This document shows, piece by piece, positions 7,429-9,685 of a stretch of DNA of 9,685 nucleotides. Under the pieces are notes generated by a model. That model did no database searches. It was not told where the DNA came from and was given only the letters and a program-made list of their open reading frames with translations. The stretch lies in the IMG/VR virus record IMGVR_UViG_2737471850_000009, positions 1-9,685 of that record. One strand, written 5' to 3'. Positions within the stretch are counted from its first letter, which is position 1. Each line of letters begins with the position of its first letter. The stretch comes from a virus. Taxonomy: Duplodnaviria > Heunggongvirae > Uroviricota > Caudoviricetes. Made by a program: the position numbers and the translations under genes.

Positions 7429-7980
7429 CTTAAATCTGTCGCTATTTGTGCCGAATGCGTCACAAACTGGAGCGTACAGGATCGATTCTGCTAGACTTAG
7501 CCAAGTGTCAATGCGACGACGGCAGGTGATCAGCGGCCAATCAGGGTGTTTAGCCTGCAGTTCATTGGCCATCTGCAACTTACTCTTACGTAGGCGATGG
7601 CGGTCGACAATCACGCTATAGAGCGATCGGTAGTCATCATTCATCAGTACAGAAGCAATGACTCCGTCAACTAACAACCCTTCTTCGTCTGAACAGAACG
7701 CCAGACCGCTTTTATTTTTGCTGTTGAGGATTTCACGCAGGTACGCTTCAAGTTCAGGCTTGGTGATACCTGATTTCTTCATGCGGCGCAGAGCATCATT
7801 GATAGCTGTCTTGGTGATTTTCCCGGATGCCAGAAGCTGGTTAAACATGTTCCCACCACTACCGCCGCCGATATAAGACCAGCGGCCCCACATGCGCAAC
7901 TTACCCTGTATCCAGATGCTTTCCAGAGTACGAAGACGAACCATTTCACCAGATTTACCAACTTCAGAAGGATTAATCAT
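7402..7980 (-). CDS. Late-gene antiterminator Q (phage 82 / QuuD-like family)
   Basis: 192-aa ORF with GGAGAA SD upstream. Segments RMWGRW and CSDEEGLLVDG...YSVIVD resemble the ERWGAW and Cys/Asp-rich blocks I recall from 82-type Q proteins. Position immediately upstream of promoter, terminator and lysis genes supports the call. Confidence 0.65.
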   Translation of the reverse strand: MINPSEVGKSGEMVRLRTLESIWIQGKLRMWGRWSYIGGGSGGNMFNQLLASGKITKTAINDALRRMKKSGITKPELEAYLREILNSKNKSGLAFCSDEEGLLVDGVIASVLMNDDYRSLYSVIVDRHRLRKSKLQMANELQAKHPDWPLITCRRRIDTWLSLAESILYAPVCDAFGTNSDRFKLQSEQESA

Positions 7981-7994
7981 TTAGCGTTCTCCAC

Positions 7995-8318
7995 TTACGC
8001 CAGTACGCCGATTGCCAGCGCACGATCTATAACCCGAAACATCAGGACCATCTGGTCACCGTATTTCGCTTCAAATGCCACAGGATCAGCATGCAACTCG
8101 TCGTGATGCTCTCTGCACAGAGGAATCACAAACAGGTCGTGTGCCTTTGTACCCATTCCACCCTGCCCGTGGCCAATCAGGTGGTGGGGGTCGTCAGCTT
8201 GCTTGTTACAGCAGACGCACAGCTGGGCCTTAACCCATCTCGTGTATTTCTCATTCACCCAGCGACGACGCTTGGGTTTAAGCATGAAGGATTCCGGTGT
8301 CTCCGGGTCTACCTTCAT
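7995..8318 (-). CDS. HNH-motif protein of nin-region type (DUF968 / Ref-like putative nuclease)
   Basis: CVCCNKQADDPHHLIGHGQGG...CREHHDELH shows a Cys pair plus paired His motifs. Sits immediately upstream of Q, as nin-region genes do in lambdoid phages. Start uncertain: GTG at 8324 (track), ATG at 8318, or ATG at 8285. Confidence 0.5.
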   Translation of the reverse strand: MKVDPETPESFMLKPKRRRWVNEKYTRWVKAQLCVCCNKQADDPHHLIGHGQGGMGTKAHDLFVIPLCREHHDELHADPVAFEAKYGDQMVLMFRVIDRALAIGVLA

Positions 8319-8790
8319 CGCCACTATCTTTTTCGCTTTCTCCTGTACCTTCGCTTATGCGGTTCAGGTTGCTGTTTTAGAAATTCGCGAAGCCCGTTGT
8401 AAGTACAAAGAACTGCAATCACAAAACGCAGACATGGCAGTACAGCTCGCTAACGCCGAGAGCAAGTGCAGGGAGCTGGCGTTGGAGAATGCATACATCC
8501 GCAACCGGTACAAAGAACTGGACTTGTTAATCGGGAAAAACATCCTGGTCATGCAGGCAGCGATTATCGAATGGCAGGCAACTGGCGACGCTAAGAACGG
8601 GCTGTCATGGATTTATAACACCCTGTTTGGGCCTAGTGAATTGCCTGACGAATCTGAGAAAGATGCTCAGGCCTACTTTGACCGCAAATATGCACCGATT
8701 AACGAAGAGTTGATGGCACTTCACAAGTGGTTTTGGGAACAAAGTGAAGTTGAACGTGCCGCCGCTGGCATTGGCGTGAAGGGGGAGTGA
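8284..8790 (+). CDS. Hypothetical protein: N-terminal hydrophobic helix plus coiled-coil-like region
   Basis: First ATG of the track ORF (which begins at a TTG at 8203). MKDSGVSGSTFIATIFFAFSCTFAYAVQVAVL is followed by heptad-like KYKELQSQNADMAVQLANAESKCRELALENAYIRNRYKELD. The antisense frames look like junk. No family recognised. Its 5' end overlaps the 5' end of the divergent DUF968-like gene. Confidence 0.5.
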   Translation: MKDSGVSGSTFIATIFFAFSCTFAYAVQVAVLEIREARCKYKELQSQNADMAVQLANAESKCRELALENAYIRNRYKELDLLIGKNILVMQAAIIEWQATGDAKNGLSWIYNTLFGPSELPDESEKDAQAYFDRKYAPINEELMALHKWFWEQSEVERAAAGIGVKGE

Positions 8791-8791
8791 G

Positions 8792-8965
8792 ATGGCAGAA
8801 CGCTGGAAGATTCTCCTGCTAATAGCATTTATTTTTTTGACGGTCATTCCAGTAAGCATGGTGGCCGTGAAGGTTTATGTGTCTCCATGGCTGCTAATTG
8901 CAGGTCATGCAGGCGCAATGCTTTTCGGTTTTATATGCGCTGAGCTCGCGCGGAAGGATTACTAA
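8792..8965 (+). CDS. Small hydrophobic protein (57 aa, two predicted TM helices)
   Basis: Not in the ORF track (under 60 aa). ATG 8792 preceded by GGGGGAG. Translation MAERWKILLLIAFIFLTVIPVSMVAVKVYVSPWLLIAGHAGAMLFGFICAELARKDY. The stop lies 3 nt before the recombinase ATG, in the same frame. Confidence 0.4.
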   Translation: MAERWKILLLIAFIFLTVIPVSMVAVKVYVSPWLLIAGHAGAMLFGFICAELARKDY

Positions 8966-8968
8966 CCC

Positions 8969-9685
8969 ATGACAACTAACAACCACCCGGCGAACGGTCC
9001 TGTATCACTCGATCGGCTGCACCAGATACGCGAAATACTCAGCAAAGCAGCAGCACAAAGCGACGGCGGTAATCTCGGCTACGCAATGGCTGATGCTGTG
9101 AAGGTGATTGATGGGGCAATTGCTGAGTTTGGTAACCCATGCGTAGGCGTCGATAAATACCCTAAACCTCAGCGCGACCGATACATTACGGATGAAGAGT
9201 ATTTAGCAATTTATGACTGTGCTACTGATCCGGTAAAAGCCGCAATGGAAATTGCTTATCTCTGTGCAGCGAGGGTTTCCGATGTTCTGAAAATGGACTG
9301 GAATCAGATAATGGATAAAGGAATTTTCATTCAACAGGGTAAAACTGGAGTTAAGCAGATTAAAGCGTGGACAGACCGCTTGCACTCCGCTGTCAATCTT
9401 TGCAGGAAATCAGGGGAAGATGGCGCTGTCATCAAAACCATGTACGGAGAGCGATATTCCTATAAAGGTTTCAATGAAGCCTGGAGAAAGGCTAGGAATG
9501 CGGCTGCTGAAAAAATTGGCAGACCGTTAGACTGCACGTTCCATGATCTGAAGGCGAAAGGCATTTCTGACTATGAAGGAAGTGGCCGTGATAAGCAAAA
9601 ATTCAGTGGTCACAAAACTGAATCACAGGTGTTGGTATACGACAGGAAAGTAAAAATTAGCCCAACTTTAAACAGAAAAATGTGA
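8969..9685 (+). CDS. Tyrosine recombinase, lambda-Int-like catalytic domain only (arm-binding domain absent)
   Basis: 238 aa. Aligns by eye to the C-terminal ~250 residues of lambda Int (RYITDEEYLAIY...ARVSDVLKMDW...QQGKTGVK...TFHDLK...GHKTESQVLVYDR versus lambda LTADEYLKIY...QRVGDLCEMKW...SKTGVK...TFHELR...GHKSDTMASQYRD). The catalytic Arg-I, Lys, His and Tyr are present, but Arg-II is Lys. Ends with a stop at the window edge. Confidence 0.8.
   Translation: MTTNNHPANGPVSLDRLHQIREILSKAAAQSDGGNLGYAMADAVKVIDGAIAEFGNPCVGVDKYPKPQRDRYITDEEYLAIYDCATDPVKAAMEIAYLCAARVSDVLKMDWNQIMDKGIFIQQGKTGVKQIKAWTDRLHSAVNLCRKSGEDGAVIKTMYGERYSYKGFNEAWRKARNAAAEKIGRPLDCTFHDLKAKGISDYEGSGRDKQKFSGHKTESQVLVYDRKVKISPTLNRKM

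Noticed and set aside
7309-7494. Plus-strand 61-aa ORF
   Set aside because: Spans the terminator hairpin and the late promoter region; better explained as regulatory DNA.
8364-8859. Minus-strand ORFs 8364..8552 and 8605..8859
   Set aside because: Antisense to the plus-strand 168-aa gene and the small membrane protein gene; Ser/Cys/Leu-rich junk-like translations.
1-9685. tRNA, rRNA or other structured RNA genes
   Set aside because: No T-loop-like GGTTCGAATCC-type motif or cloverleaf-compatible arrangement was found by eye. A tRNAscan or Infernal run would be needed to exclude this properly.

Overview
The window reads as a piece of a lambdoid prophage with an HK97-type packaging and head module, probably from an enterobacterial host (inferred from GC content and protein families; no database search was possible). 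The minus strand carries a nearly gap-free late operon, read from high to low coordinates: a DUF968/Ref-like HNH-motif protein, a phage-82-type Q antiterminator, a compact late promoter and terminator, a lysis cassette (two holin-like proteins, GH19 endolysin, overlapped i-/o-spanin pair), an HNH endonuclease, a putative cos region with an 11-bp tandem repeat, terminase small and large subunits, portal, and the start of the prohead protease (cut by the window edge). Two opposite-strand blocks interrupt this operon. The first (about 4440-5560) is an AT-richer insert carrying a Cys-rich YkgJ-type CxxCxxCC protein with its own promoter-like sequence and strong SD. The second (8284-9685) is a three-gene block: a membrane-anchored coiled-coil protein, a 57-aa two-helix membrane protein, and a 238-aa lambda-Int-like tyrosine recombinase that lacks the arm-binding domain and has Lys where the second catalytic Arg (HxxR) is expected. 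Within this window no repressor, replication or anti-repressor genes lie between the int fragment and the nin/Q region, so this is most likely a deletion-derived (defective) prophage or a repurposed recombinase module. All family calls rest on motif recognition and my own translations.
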